64,000 nucleotides of DNA. It comes from Escherichia coli (lineage in GTDB: Bacteria > Pseudomonadota > Gammaproteobacteria > Enterobacterales > Enterobacteriaceae). This document shows positions 14,479 to 25,685 of the stretch, one piece after another. The stretch lies in assembly GCF_050320075.1 (NCBI RefSeq), contig NZ_CP190018.1. One strand, 5' to 3'. Both the position numbers and the translations under genes were made by a program. The stretch's first letter is position 1. Each line of letters opens with the position of its first letter. A model generated the notes under the pieces. The model was not told the DNA's origin and ran no database searches. It was given only the letters and a program-made list of their open reading frames with translations.

Positions 14479-15111
14479 ATGGGAAAGATTAAAATTGTAG
14501 TTTCAGATCAGCAGCCGTTTATGATTGATGGGATAATTGGATTTCTCGGACATTATCCCGATTTATATGAGGTTGTTGGGGGCTATAAAGATCTGAAGAA
14601 AGCTATCGCGGAGTGTAACAAATCTGCAGCCCAAATATTTATTTTAGGAGAATTTGCAGGTGGAATGATGGGGTCCGAACTCATAAAATGGGTTAAATCG
14701 CATAAAATAGATGCTCATATTATTACATTTGTAGCAAAAATGCCGTATATTGATTCAATAAAATTGCTTGAAGCCGGTGCGAAAGGATGCGTATGGAAAA
14801 CCAGTCATCCGGCGAAACTAAATCGCGCTATTGATTCGATTAGTAATGGTTACACTTATTTTGATAGTGTACATATGGATTGTGAAAAAATATCTTCAAG
14901 ATATTCCTCTGATAATCAACTTACAAATCGTGAGTCTGAAATACTACAACTCATAGCTGATGGGAAAACAAACAAAGAAATCGCTAATTTCTTGCAGTTA
15001 AGCAGGAAAACAGTCGAAACTCATAGACTCAATATCATGAAGAAATTAGATGTTCACAGTGGTATCGAGTTGATCAAAACAGCTTTACGTATGGGTGTTT
15101 GCACTATATAA
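14479..15111 (+). CDS. ygeK: LuxR/NarL-type response regulator
   Basis: Receiver-like N-terminus plus a C-terminal LuxR HTH ([22 protein letters not shown]). 210 aa from the ATG at 14479. Confidence 0.85.
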   Translation: MGKIKIVVSDQQPFMIDGIIGFLGHYPDLYEVVGGYKDLKKAIAECNKSAAQIFILGEFAGGMMGSELIKWVKSHKIDAHIITFVAKMPYIDSIKLLEAGAKGCVWKTSHPAKLNRAIDSISNGYTYFDSVHMDCEKISSRYSSDNQLTNRESEILQLIADGKTNKEIANFLQLSRKTVETHRLNIMKKLDVHSGIELIKTALRMGVCTI

Positions 15112-15129
15112 AAAAAAGAGGCTTTAGGT

Positions 15130-15633
15130 TTATTTTGCTAAAGCCTTACGCTTGTCTATTTCATTAAGTCTGGTATATACAACATATATTTTTTTTGCAT
15201 ATTGCAGCCTCTTTTTTTTGTTTTCCATTGCAAAACCCGCGTTATATGTCCCCAGACATTGCCACGTTACCCCACAACGTGAAAAATGATTATATAAAAT
15301 CTCGGTCCCTATTTTAATGTTCAGACAGGGGTTATCTAACAAATCTCGTCCATCTTTTATTATTCCACGTTTTTTTAACATGGGAATGTGCATCTGGTTT
15401 ATCTGCATTAAACCATAATCAACACTCTTTATATTGTTTTTCTTATCCCTGTTTTTGCCGATGCTATCATTTTTTAAATTACTTTCAACAAGAGCGATAG
15501 CTTTGATCAAATTTGGTTCGATTCTGAAAATTGATCCTGCTTCATTAAAGCAAGCGCTACTGGCGAAAGACATTTTTGTAATTAATATAGAAAACATGAA
15601 GATGGATAAGATTTTAACTTTGGGTAAGCGCAT
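15130..15633 (-). CDS. pbl: IagB/IpgF-like lytic transglycosylase
   Basis: Signal peptide plus the SLT motifs LVESN, YGLMQIN and TYNAG. Confidence 0.85.
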   Translation of the reverse strand: MRLPKVKILSIFMFSILITKMSFASSACFNEAGSIFRIEPNLIKAIALVESNLKNDSIGKNRDKKNNIKSVDYGLMQINQMHIPMLKKRGIIKDGRDLLDNPCLNIKIGTEILYNHFSRCGVTWQCLGTYNAGFAMENKKKRLQYAKKIYVVYTRLNEIDKRKALAK

Positions 15634-15716
15634 ATATTTTTATGTGTAGGATTGAAGGAAAGGAACGAGATACTAATATATTCAGTATCTCGTTAATCAT
15701 TTAAGTGGTCAATTAT

Positions 15717-15935
15717 CTACCATTCCAGTTCATAGTAAGGAGAGATAGGATTATCTTTCGAATACATATCATTTTGAAAAGATGCCATCCATGTTGAAAC
15801 TATAAATGCTTGTATTTGATCTGTATCAGTAGTACTGGTGGTGATGTGTTTATCTAATGAAACGACTTCATCACCCGTTGCGGTTGCTATATTTAAACTT
15901 TGAGAAAAATTATTCATATTGATTGGATTAGTCAT
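15717..15935 (-). CDS. ygeI: Small ETT2 protein
   Basis: 72 aa from MTNPINMNNF. The position matches K-12 ygeI. Confidence 0.7.
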   Translation of the reverse strand: MTNPINMNNFSQSLNIATATGDEVVSLDKHITTSTTDTDQIQAFIVSTWMASFQNDMYSKDNPISPYYELEW

Positions 15936-16102
15936 AAAATTCCCTTTTTTATTTGTCCAGGCCAATAGCCTATACACAATACTTTTTAATCTAGAGTATT
16001 TGATATATATTGCAATAAGGTAATTATCTTAGATGTTTTCATCTCTGTTGTTGACATAACCAGTTGCATACATCTAAACAATAAAATTGCGACAATAAAG
16101 AT

Positions 16103-17479
16103 TTATCGCATACAAATTCTCGTCAGTTGCTTTAGTTTCAAAATGTTGTCAATTATAACTCGATGGCTTTCACTCGAAGTTTCTTTATAGTAGAGTTTCA
16201 TGTTGCTTTTGAGCGGGTTAGGCACATACATATCTACACACTCTTTTATCACAACTGCTTTTCGTCTTCTGGGTTCGAGTTGTAGTGATTTGTCTATACA
16301 AATCCTTGCCTCTTCAATTCTTTCATTATGAAAATTGACAAGTGCTCTATAGTAGTAGAGAGAGGCTATATCAGTTGTGTGTATCTTAGCCTGTTCAAAT
16401 AAGATATGAGATACTTTTGCTTGTCCAGACAGACCAGTTATCAGTCCCATAATAGCTAAAATTTTTCCATCGACATTGGTTATGTCTGATACATAATGTA
16501 AAAGCTCTAATGCTTTTTGAGCAGCAAGTTCAAGTTCATACTTTCCATGAAGTGCCAAAGACATATGGCATTCCGCTAGCAGACAATAACATTCTATTTT
16601 TAGCGTCTGTATATCACTTTTATTTTGTAATCCATCAAATATAGCCATAGCCCTGTAAATGCTTTCAGGAGTAAACTCGTAAAGTTCTTTCTTACCAGCC
16701 AACAGTTCATCTGATAAATAATGATTCTTATAACCTTGGTCCGGTTTAGCTAATCTTACAGAACGCTCTGGATTATGTACCGTTTGAAGGATATTATCTA
16801 TAATAAATTGTGATGTGTTATGTAGTTCATCAACAGGAAGATGATTACTGGCGATGAGGAAAAGATTTTTAGCGTCGATCAGTTCAATGTATAAAGTTTT
16901 CACCGCGTTATTCTGGTTTATTCTTCCTGTAACGAAATAATCTGGCTTGAATCTTCTCAAAAATGAATTTTGCGATATGTGATCATTACAAAAATTTGTC
17001 GCAGCCATCGGATAGGTATAAAGGCCATCGATTTTTTTATTCGAAATGTTTTGCACTAATTCCTGATTAAGTATTAATGGATCCAGAGTATTCAATGAAG
17101 TGGTGAAAGGAAATATAGCTATGGAATAGTCTGAAGTGTTATCTTCATTTATTTTAGTTTTGAAAACCTGTCCACTGAAACGATAACCTTTCCGGTAGAT
17201 TGTTTCTATGCAACGATCATAGCCAATTTTTTCAAAAATGCAGCGCAAAGAATAGATACATCTTGTCAGGGACTCGTCACTTACAATAATATTTTTCCAT
17301 ACTGATTCGATGATCATATCTTTCAGGACAACATGACCAGCGGATTCAAGTAATACGATCAATACTCCTAACTCTTTCGGTGGAATATAAATCTGCTCAT
17401 TTCCTTGAGTAAGAATTCCATCTTCCGTGAGCGTTAATCCCTCGAGAAAATGATATGAGAATTTATTTTCTAAGTCCAT
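16103..17479 (-). CDS. ygeH: HilA-like transcriptional regulator (OmpR-type wHTH plus TPR)
   Basis: 458 aa. N-terminal winged helix ([10 protein letters not shown]...YRKGYRF) and a helical-repeat C-terminus. Confidence 0.9.
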   Translation of the reverse strand: MDLENKFSYHFLEGLTLTEDGILTQGNEQIYIPPKELGVLIVLLESAGHVVLKDMIIESVWKNIIVSDESLTRCIYSLRCIFEKIGYDRCIETIYRKGYRFSGQVFKTKINEDNTSDYSIAIFPFTTSLNTLDPLILNQELVQNISNKKIDGLYTYPMAATNFCNDHISQNSFLRRFKPDYFVTGRINQNNAVKTLYIELIDAKNLFLIASNHLPVDELHNTSQFIIDNILQTVHNPERSVRLAKPDQGYKNHYLSDELLAGKKELYEFTPESIYRAMAIFDGLQNKSDIQTLKIECYCLLAECHMSLALHGKYELELAAQKALELLHYVSDITNVDGKILAIMGLITGLSGQAKVSHILFEQAKIHTTDIASLYYYRALVNFHNERIEEARICIDKSLQLEPRRRKAVVIKECVDMYVPNPLKSNMKLYYKETSSESHRVIIDNILKLKQLTRICMR

Positions 17480-17813
17480 TAGTTATCCTCTATGAAAAAA
17501 TTGGTTTCTTGCATCCTGCATAAGCAATAGAAATTGTGGCTATTCATATTTATGTGTCATTAATGCTACAGGAGTTTACATTCGACATATCTATGATTGT
17601 GTTCACTAATTTATCTTAGGAATTCAGTGATGTAATCTGAAATAGCCTTATTCAATTTTGATAAAATAGATTGTTCTCTAACGCGTTGAAAAATAGTAAT
17701 TTATAGTGTGTTCTTAACTGTTTTAAGATGTTGATTTAAGAAAACATAAGAGAAGCTGGTCATAGTGGTTAACTGCACTATAACCAGCAATTTTTACCAA
17801 ATGCTTGTAATGC

Positions 17814-18305
17814 TTAGCCATTATCTTCTGAATTATCGGTTAAGAGTTCAATATATGCCTGCGCTTTGCTCTTAACACTTTCATCCTCACAATTGTTAAT
17901 AATATGATAGAAACATTGCATTGCGTTATCGATATTTTTAGCCCCAATTTGACATTGACCCATACGATAAATAACTGAATAGTCATCATACGGGGAGTAA
18001 TTGTAACTTAGTTTGTAAAGGTCATATGCTTGTTGATATTTCTTTTTTGACTGGCATACTGATGCAAAACCTTTTAGATATTCATGATTTTCGAACGCAT
18101 AAATGCACAGAAATTTATAATAAATTTCTGCGTCCGTTATATTACCTTTTTCATGGTAGTCGAATGCATATGCATATATTCTATCAAGGATATCAGGAGT
18201 CAATCCATGTAGTAATGCCAGATTTTCTCCTTGTGATAATGCGTGTTTTAGTTGACTTGCCCATTCATCACTGTTATTGAATATTTCAAGTGTATCTGTG
18301 CTCAT
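17814..18305 (-). CDS. ygeG: SicA/LcrH-class type III secretion chaperone (TPR)
   Basis: 163 aa from MSTDTLEIFN with TPR-like repeats. The track ORF extends upstream to 18428. Confidence 0.85.
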   Translation of the reverse strand: MSTDTLEIFNNSDEWASQLKHALSQGENLALLHGLTPDILDRIYAYAFDYHEKGNITDAEIYYKFLCIYAFENHEYLKGFASVCQSKKKYQQAYDLYKLSYNYSPYDDYSVIYRMGQCQIGAKNIDNAMQCFYHIINNCEDESVKSKAQAYIELLTDNSEDNG

Positions 18306-18528
18306 AATATTCCTCTGTGATGTGTTTCGTGATGCTAAATTATTATTAATTGACTCATTATTTTTTGCATTTATCTTTTTTGAATTATGAGTTTTAAGCT
18401 TGCATTGCTTAAGGGTATATTGGTTCATTATTAGTAAAAATACTGACCACTATAAACCAATAATGTCATTAGTTTTTTTCTAATATTCACCTTATTAGTT
18501 ATCTTATTTACGACATTTCATAAATGCC

Positions 18529-19020
18529 TTAATATGCATGACCTTGATTCATATTATCAATTTCCCTTTTTTCGATGAAAATTAAAAAGGGGATTTTTGC
18601 GAAGGGTAGTAAGTCGTCTAGTTTTTTTTCTTTATTATGTCTGGTGACGAGGGGGGATAGAACGTCGGTGCATATAGTAGAGAATTTATTCAGGTCTAAA
18701 TTATTCTCTATTTTGGCCAGTTTTATGAGTTCATTTGTAGCCATACTCATTAAATCATCTGTTATCGGAAATTTATATATGCTCATAGCCGATAATATTG
18801 CTTGCTGAATTATTTCTTCAGAAATATCCGCTATCTTTATTGACAAATCATGTGTTAGATATTTTCCTCCAAGAGATTCTTGTTCAATATAATTTAAACC
18901 AGACCTCATCGTAATTTTAACTGGATTCACGTATTTCTCTTCATTTTTCTTATTTTTGTTCTCCTGATCAGGAACTAATGGTTGCAGTGGTAGGCTATTA
19001 TTAATATTTCGTGGCTTCAT
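18529..19020 (-). CDS. ygeF: ETT2 hypothetical protein
   Basis: 163 aa ORF in the conserved position. Confidence 0.7.
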   Translation of the reverse strand: MKPRNINNSLPLQPLVPDQENKNKKNEEKYVNPVKITMRSGLNYIEQESLGGKYLTHDLSIKIADISEEIIQQAILSAMSIYKFPITDDLMSMATNELIKLAKIENNLDLNKFSTICTDVLSPLVTRHNKEKKLDDLLPFAKIPFLIFIEKREIDNMNQGHAY

Positions 19021-19449
19021 TTTACATTTCTCTCATTTGATTAGAGCAAAATCCGAATTCGCAGCTTCTGATAATGTCAAATATCACCTTTTCTCATGCT
19101 TTATTCTATCAAAAATCGCTCATTTTTACTTTTTTTACCATAATGTTACTTAGTGGCATCGGCAATTTACATAACTTACATGTTGTTTTTTATATCCTGA
19201 AAAAACAGATAGATAGTGTGCACACTCGAAATGATATTGGTAACATAAATAGCTTTATTCGTGACAAACATCTCAAAAGATTTCCTTTATTATTTTCGAA
19301 ATTCATTTGATCAAGGTTATCACCTTATGGAGACGTTACGTAGAATGACTATATTTGTTATCGGCACATTAGGGGTATTAAATTTAGTATTGATGGAAGG
19401 TGATTATTGAACAGTAACATCGAGTCACGGTCAAAATGTGAGGTATATA

Positions 19450-19875
19450 ATGGACATTGAGTTTTCGCAGATTCATGAAATGGTCTATATGCATGATATT
19501 GTAAATTCGGACTCGAAAAAGAAACCAAGGATTCCGTTAAAAAAATTCCTTAATGCTGAGAAAGTTCTCACGCAAACAACATCATGGGTACTAAATTCAA
19601 GATATGTGAATGTTAATTCTGTCAGTAAAGTCAACGTAAAGAGTAAAGTTAAAAACAGTTATATCTCACGATCTGTCAATGATGAGTTTAGTTTAACAGA
19701 TGATGAAATCAATTCTTTTAAAGAAACGTTAGTCCTTTCCTCTATTGATTCTCTAAGTAAACTGGTTCTTAATAATCCTCTTTCTGTATTGTTTACATCG
19801 ACTGTACGAAGGAATAATAATAGAGCTAAGATGAATGTTGAGTTCGACTCATGGATTTGCACCAGATGTTGTTGA
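19450..19875 (+). CDS. yqeK: ETT2 hypothetical protein
   Basis: 141 aa from [10 protein letters not shown] in the conserved position. Confidence 0.65.
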   Translation: MDIEFSQIHEMVYMHDIVNSDSKKKPRIPLKKFLNAEKVLTQTTSWVLNSRYVNVNSVSKVNVKSKVKNSYISRSVNDEFSLTDDEINSFKETLVLSSIDSLSKLVLNNPLSVLFTSTVRRNNNRAKMNVEFDSWICTRCC

Positions 19876-20023
19876 TACATGATATTTTGCATTGCAAGGT
19901 GATATCTAAAATGAAAGATGTTGATCAAAACTTTGATGCTTTATACTGGCATATACTACAAGCATATTTAATTTTATTGTTTTATGATTAACGAGGTTCC
20001 ATCTTTTTATTATCTATTTAAGT

Positions 20024-20506
20024 TTACCTTGCACAATGCATTATTGCTCTGTTACCAATACTCAAAATAAAAGCATGCTTACCTTGCTTTAGTATATTAT
20101 AGCTTACACTTTTTTCTGGAAAGACATAAAAATCAGGAATAAGTTCTGCAAGTCTATCATCATCGACTTGATCCATGATCTCAAATTTATTAACTTTCTT
20201 TGATGTTAAATGGGCTGTGTCATAGTTTTCAATCCATGTGTATTCAATATTTCGCCGTATTGACTTACTTTCTCTGTTACCTTGTTGCCAGGTTCCGCTC
20301 AACGCAACAGTTCCTGTTTTATTTTTTTGGTTATACATAAAGTCGATGGTAAGATTTGCTCGCCCCTTGTCATTAAAAATTACCCAATTTGCAGTGCATG
20401 TTTCATTATATATCATTTTTTCTGCAGTATAAGAGTAAACAATGAAGAGAATAAACCCACTGATAAAAACTAAAATAAATAATAAGTTTTTTTTATAATC
20501 AATCAC
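20024..20506 (-). CDS. yqeJ: Small single-pass membrane/periplasmic protein
   Basis: N-terminal TM (LLFILVFISGFILFIVYSY). A GTG start at 20506 or 20518 overlaps the end of yqeI. Confidence 0.75.
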   Translation of the reverse strand: MIDYKKNLLFILVFISGFILFIVYSYTAEKMIYNETCTANWVIFNDKGRANLTIDFMYNQKNKTGTVALSGTWQQGNRESKSIRRNIEYTWIENYDTAHLTSKKVNKFEIMDQVDDDRLAELIPDFYVFPEKSVSYNILKQGKHAFILSIGNRAIMHCAR

Positions 20507-21308
20507 GATTAACCTCACGGTAAGACAGGGTTAAACAGCCTGCCACTTCATGTTGGTTATAGTTTTTATTGCATGCCATAACAATCATCCCTGGTGAGGA
20601 TTTTGCAAGAGGGAAGTATAACCACGGATATTTTTTACAGTTAATCCCCGAATCCAGTATCCGTGTCTTATATTTATCGAACTCTTTCAACCCATCAATT
20701 GTATCTTCTGTCACATTAAAATGGCAGCCATTAATTTCCGCAACAGTCTTGTAATCCTTGAAGAATGGCTTCGGTTGATTATTATTCCATAGCCAATGTG
20801 CAGAATATACGCCTATAGCAAATATGCTCAACATAATTAGATAACTTTTTATATGTTTGAGGATTTTGTTATTGAAATTGTTTGCGCCACCAATGCTCTC
20901 TTTGTACCCCGCATTACCTTTTATGGCAGGTGGGGCATTGTGTGTATGTGCGTCTGTTGAAGAGTTTATTACATGATTTTGTATGTTAATGTCATTATGA
21001 ATCTTGAATCCTCTTCTCGGCACGGTTGCAATAAGCGAGTGGGTGGTATCACCAACAGCGCGAAATCCGCGTCTGATAATGGATATGTTCTGATATAACG
21101 TGTTAGTTGGCACACGCATACCTTCTTCTTCCCAGACTCTGGTGAAAAAATCTTGTTGTGCAACCACATCAGGAAAAGCTTCAAGTAGAAGTGATAAACA
21201 ACGACTGGCTGGCGTTGTCAGAACGACGTTAAGATCGGCGTTATGTACCGATATTAATTTTCGGTGCTCAGGCCAGAACTCGATATTATCGTTAATAATC
21301 CAGTACAT
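20499..21308 (-). CDS. yqeI: ToxR/CadC-like membrane-anchored transcriptional regulator
   Basis: N-terminal OmpR-type wHTH (TVPRRGFKI), a central TM (IMLSIFAIGVYSAHWLW) and a periplasmic C-terminus. Confidence 0.85.
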   Translation of the reverse strand: MYWIINDNIEFWPEHRKLISVHNADLNVVLTTPASRCLSLLLEAFPDVVAQQDFFTRVWEEEGMRVPTNTLYQNISIIRRGFRAVGDTTHSLIATVPRRGFKIHNDINIQNHVINSSTDAHTHNAPPAIKGNAGYKESIGGANNFNNKILKHIKSYLIMLSIFAIGVYSAHWLWNNNQPKPFFKDYKTVAEINGCHFNVTEDTIDGLKEFDKYKTRILDSGINCKKYPWLYFPLAKSSPGMIVMACNKNYNQHEVAGCLTLSYREVNRD

Positions 21309-21641
21309 ACGTCAATAGACACTAAATCAATCAAAATGGAAATCACATAGTTTGCTAAGTATATTGGTATTTACGGCATAAATATATATTAATTTTATAT
21401 TTATCATAATGATTGAAATGAGGCTTTAATGTCGCAACGTAAAACTTTACGTAAATTAACATGATTAACATTTATGCCACTATTGTTTGTAAATTCATAT
21501 TTCGTAATGCTTCTGAATTTTTCGTGTGATGGTTTTAAATACCATGTTGTTTACTCTTGGGGTTACTGCTTATTTGTAAAATACGGGCATTTCAATAGAT
21601 GCCCGTATAAGCAGAGTATGATTCTGGCAGATTATTTAGTA

Positions 21642-22274
21642 TCAATGTTGGACCGAATGTGAACGAATAAATAACTCGTTTATTTTACCACCCATTCTCT
21701 TTTCGATTCGTTGCTTGTACGCGTAGATGCTACGGATATCCATATCCAGAACTTCAGCAATCTGATATGGATTATAACCAGAAACCATATATCCCATTAT
21801 GGTGAATTCCATCTGAGTTAATGTATTCCCTCTGGTAAATGATAAATAACGACCAATAAATAGTTGTCTGATCTTTTCATTGGCAACATCAAGACCATCA
21901 TCATTATATATGACAGCAGATATTGCAGAGTTGTGTTTTCGCCAGTAGTTAGCTAACGATTGCATATTGCGGTCGCTGACTAAAACAATCCCCATGTCAG
22001 TACTTGCAAGATAGTCAATCCAGTCTTTTTCAAGGAATAGACGTAAAAAACTTACTGAAAAATCGACAAAAATATATCCGCTTAATCTCGCATTGTGGTT
22101 TTTTGTTAAAATACCTTCCACCACACCACGATTAAAATATGAACTTTCTTCGGGCCACATACAAAAACACGAGTTTGCGCAATACTGCAAACGCGGTGAC
22201 TCTTCTGGCATTATTTGGCAATGCATTGAGCAACTATTGCATGTAAGACTTTTATAACGACTACAAAGCCCCAT
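21642..22274 (-). CDS. yqeH: LuxR-type HTH regulator
   Basis: C-terminal LTQMEFTIMGYMVSGYNPYQIAEVLDMDIRSIYAYKQRI. 210 aa from the internal ATG. Confidence 0.8.
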   Translation of the reverse strand: MGLCSRYKSLTCNSCSMHCQIMPEESPRLQYCANSCFCMWPEESSYFNRGVVEGILTKNHNARLSGYIFVDFSVSFLRLFLEKDWIDYLASTDMGIVLVSDRNMQSLANYWRKHNSAISAVIYNDDGLDVANEKIRQLFIGRYLSFTRGNTLTQMEFTIMGYMVSGYNPYQIAEVLDMDIRSIYAYKQRIEKRMGGKINELFIRSHSVQH

Positions 22275-22733
22275 GTTAAGAACCTCCCTATCCGTATATA
22301 ATTGCATAATTTCATTGGTTATTGATGATGTCAATACACCATGATTTTGTAAATTTGCTGGGAAAAATTGCGATTAATCTGAATTTGCTATAATTCTGAG
22401 TAAAGCATTTAAAAATGCATTTCTCGTTATTAAATATGATTATGTTTCACTGATTTAATCTTACCTGGTTGATGGTGGTTCAGATAACTATCTCATGGTA
22501 TGAGAATATCTATATCGCAAATTGTTTTTGAATGACCAGAAGATATCTTGCGAATCTAAGTTATGCATCTTAAATAGTCTTATTTAAGATGTTCAGATCT
22601 CTTTGTGTGTTTAACTAACTGATAATACTAGGATATGACGAGAGAAGTGATAGAGCGGAGTTATAACAAATGAACATTATGAAAACTGGAATGGTTCAAA
22701 ATTGTAGCAATTTTGAACCATTCACAATGGATA

Positions 22734-23963
22734 TTAGCTAAAGAACATTACCGATACGCACAGGATACCCACGATCAGCGTAATCAGATTTCCGATGGAA
22801 CGCCAGGGTTTAAGCGCCGGGATGAGATACGTTGACAGCGTAGGCATGATGAAAAGTATCATGGCAATGAGCGGGCCGCTGATCGCGTAAATCATCGAAA
22901 TCGCGTTCGGGTTAATGCAACAAACAATGAAGGTAATCAGCGATACCAACATAATTGATAGTGCGCGGTTAAATGCACGACTTTTCTTTACACCAACCTG
23001 CTGTAGTGTTGTTTTGACGACCTCTGTGGCACCTTCAATAACGCCAAAGTACGTACCCAGGAATGATTTCGACATCGCAACTACTGCGACAATAATCCCG
23101 GAAATTGACAACCATGCTGGGGCGTTCGGCAGCATAGAAAGCGCCGATAAAATGGTAACCCCTTCTTCTTTAGCCGCTTCAATATACGAAGGTGGAATAG
23201 AAAGCAGGCAGCTAAAGACAAAGAACAGTACACTTATGCAGATGATGAGATAAGCGACTTTCATAATTTTTTTGCATTTATCCATAGCATGTTCGCCATA
23301 TTTTTCACGTCTGTCTATGGCAAACGTAGAAATAATGGGCGTATGGCTAAAGGCGAAAACCATCACGGGAATCGATATCCATATCTGGTGAAGGGTATTC
23401 TGATTGAACTCTACCTGGGTAGTTAATAGATCAGGTTGCCAACTACCGACCAGGTAAATAGAAAGAAATAAGAAATAGGCAATCAATGGGAATACCAAAA
23501 ATCCCATTACCCGAATAGTGGCATGGCGTCCCATCAGAAAAATGAGATTCAGGATTAATACAACACCCAGACTCACCAACATACGGATGCGAAGATCAAT
23601 AACCATATGCTTTGCCAGCTGTTCCGTAAGTGAGTTGGTAATTGCCACGGCATATATCAACACGACGACAAAAAAGGCGATGAAGTACAGCGTGGTAATC
23701 AGATTACCAATCTTCTTGCCATAGTAGTGTGTTACCGCGCCCGTTATCCCTTCACCTGCTGATGTTTTTGATGAGAGGATGAACTGGCATAAGGCTTTAT
23801 GTGGCCAATATGTTAAAGGCCAGGCGACCAGAGCAGTAATAAACAGGACCACAGCCCCTGCCGAACCTAACTGAATAGGAAGGAAGAGCGTGCCTGCACC
23901 AACGGCTGTGCCGTAGAGCGCGAAACTCCACAGAGTTTCTTCTTTTGACCAAATATTAGACAT
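22734..23963 (-). CDS. yqeG: HAAAP-family (SdaC/TdcC-like) amino-acid transporter
   Basis: 409 aa polytopic membrane protein, recognised. Confidence 0.9.
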   Translation of the reverse strand: MSNIWSKEETLWSFALYGTAVGAGTLFLPIQLGSAGAVVLFITALVAWPLTYWPHKALCQFILSSKTSAGEGITGAVTHYYGKKIGNLITTLYFIAFFVVVLIYAVAITNSLTEQLAKHMVIDLRIRMLVSLGVVLILNLIFLMGRHATIRVMGFLVFPLIAYFLFLSIYLVGSWQPDLLTTQVEFNQNTLHQIWISIPVMVFAFSHTPIISTFAIDRREKYGEHAMDKCKKIMKVAYLIICISVLFFVFSCLLSIPPSYIEAAKEEGVTILSALSMLPNAPAWLSISGIIVAVVAMSKSFLGTYFGVIEGATEVVKTTLQQVGVKKSRAFNRALSIMLVSLITFIVCCINPNAISMIYAISGPLIAMILFIMPTLSTYLIPALKPWRSIGNLITLIVGILCVSVMFFS

Positions 23964-24217
23964 TATCTGAACGTATCATCTACAAATTAAACAAAATGGA
24001 GGGCAATTTACCATAAACCAGGTTAAGTATGGGAGATTAACGCCCTTTCTACCTCTCTATTGGTGGGTTAGTGGTTGCAAACCTTACGTGCCAGTTATGT
24101 CTCTGACTGCTGGTCAGGCGTATTTCCTTTGTGATAAAAATCACTTTTTTTAAACAATTAAGATAACTGTAATTAACAATCATTTACTATTGCACTGTTA
24201 ATTGGTGCGAGGTTGTG

Positions 24218-25399
24218 ATGAAAGACGTTGTGATTGTCGGGGCGTTACGGACACCTATCGGCTGCTTTCGTGGTGCGTTAGCGGGTCATTCCGCCGTGGA
24301 ACTTGGCAGCCTGGTCGTGAAAGCATTAATAGAACGTACCGGTGTTTCTGCATATGCGGTGGATGAAGTGATTCTTGGTCAGGTGTTGACTGCAGGGGCA
24401 GGGCAGAATCCGGCAAGGCAATCGGCTATTAAAGGTGGTCTTCCTAATAGCGTTTCTGCAATCACGATTAATGACGTTTGCGGTTCCGGGCTTAAAGCAC
24501 TGCATCTGGCTACTCAGGCGATACAGTGTGGCGAGGCTGATATTGTCATCGCCGGTGGTCAGGAAAACATGAGTCGCGCACCACATGTTCTGACTGATAG
24601 CCGCACCGGTGCACAGCTTGGCAATAGCCAGTTGGTTGACAGTCTTGTGCACGATGGGTTGTGGGATGCCTTCAATGATTATCATATTGGTGTCACCGCC
24701 GAAAATCTGGCTCGCGAATATGGCATCAGCCGTCAGTTGCAGGATGCTTACGCACTTAGCTCGCAACAAAAAGCGCGAGCGGCGATTGACGCCGGACGAT
24801 TTAAAGATGAGATCGTCCCGGTAATGACCCAAAGTAACGGTCAGACGTTGGTTGTTGATACCGATGAACAGCCACGCACTGACGCCAGTGCAGAAGGCTT
24901 AGCCCGTTTAAATCCTTCATTTGATAGTCTCGGCTCTGTGACAGCGGGTAATGCATCATCCATAAACGATGGCGCAGCTGCAGTAATGATGATGAGCGAA
25001 GCCAAAGCACGAGCGTTGAATTTACCCGTGCTGGCCCGCATCCGCGCATTTGCCAGTGTTGGTGTAGATCCGGCATTGATGGGAATTGCGCCGGTGTATG
25101 CGACCCGCCGTTGCCTGGAGCGTGTTGGCTGGCAGTTGGCTGATGTCGATCTTATCGAGGCTAATGAAGCGTTTGCTGCACAGGCGCTTTCGGTTGGCAA
25201 GATGCTTGAATGGGATGAGCGTCGGGTCAATGTCAATGGTGGCGCGATCGCACTCGGTCACCCAATAGGCGCTTCCGGTTGCCGAATCCTCGTTTCTCTG
25301 GTTCATGAAATGGTGAAACGTAATGCCCGCAAAGGACTGGCTACGCTTTGTATCGGCGGGGGCCAGGGCGTGGCATTGACCATTGAACGTGACGAATAG
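24218..25399 (+). CDS. yqeF: Acetyl-CoA acetyltransferase (thiolase II)
   Basis: Thiolase motifs (INDVCGSGLKA, GGGQGVA). 393 aa from the ATG at 24218. Confidence 0.9.
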   Translation: MKDVVIVGALRTPIGCFRGALAGHSAVELGSLVVKALIERTGVSAYAVDEVILGQVLTAGAGQNPARQSAIKGGLPNSVSAITINDVCGSGLKALHLATQAIQCGEADIVIAGGQENMSRAPHVLTDSRTGAQLGNSQLVDSLVHDGLWDAFNDYHIGVTAENLAREYGISRQLQDAYALSSQQKARAAIDAGRFKDEIVPVMTQSNGQTLVVDTDEQPRTDASAEGLARLNPSFDSLGSVTAGNASSINDGAAAVMMMSEAKARALNLPVLARIRAFASVGVDPALMGIAPVYATRRCLERVGWQLADVDLIEANEAFAAQALSVGKMLEWDERRVNVNGGAIALGHPIGASGCRILVSLVHEMVKRNARKGLATLCIGGGQGVALTIERDE

Positions 25400-25554
25400 C
25401 TCTGCATTTCCTCCTTACCGATAAATATCAGCCGTCATTAATCTGTTGAATAATGGTGGCTGGCGAGTCGACATACATTTTCAGGGCTCCCTGATTTTTC
25501 CATTCTCATGACATATTCGTGATCGACACTGCACTTTTTTCAGTCCTTAACTTA

Positions 25555-25641
25555 AAAATGAAACATTGTTTTATTTTTAATTGAAAACCCTATCCCGTGG
25601 GCATATCATCCCCTTATAGAGAAAACGAAACAGCGTTTCAC
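25555..25641. promoter_or_regulatory. kduI control region with two KdgR-box-like palindromes
   Basis: AAAATGAAACATTGTTTTATTTTT at 25555-25578 and GAAAACGAAACAGCGTTTCAC at 25621-25641 resemble the KdgR operator consensus as I recall it. Confidence 0.5.
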
Positions 25642-25685
25642 TATCGTTTTCTATTTTCACGCTTCACTGATTATCGGAGGTTGAT

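Larger units (their letters stand above)
14210..22400. other. ETT2 (E. coli type III secretion system 2) island remnant: regulators, chaperone and lytic transglycosylase only
   Basis: AT-rich block with the ygeK-pbl-ygeI-ygeH-ygeG-ygeF-yqeK-yqeJ-yqeI-yqeH gene order, as I recall it from K-12. Confidence 0.8.

Noticed and set aside
19074-19310. Track ORFs in ETT2 intergenic regions (19074-19310 and 21474-21662)
   Set aside because: They are AT-rich low-complexity translations with no SD, and I recall no counterpart in the K-12 annotation.
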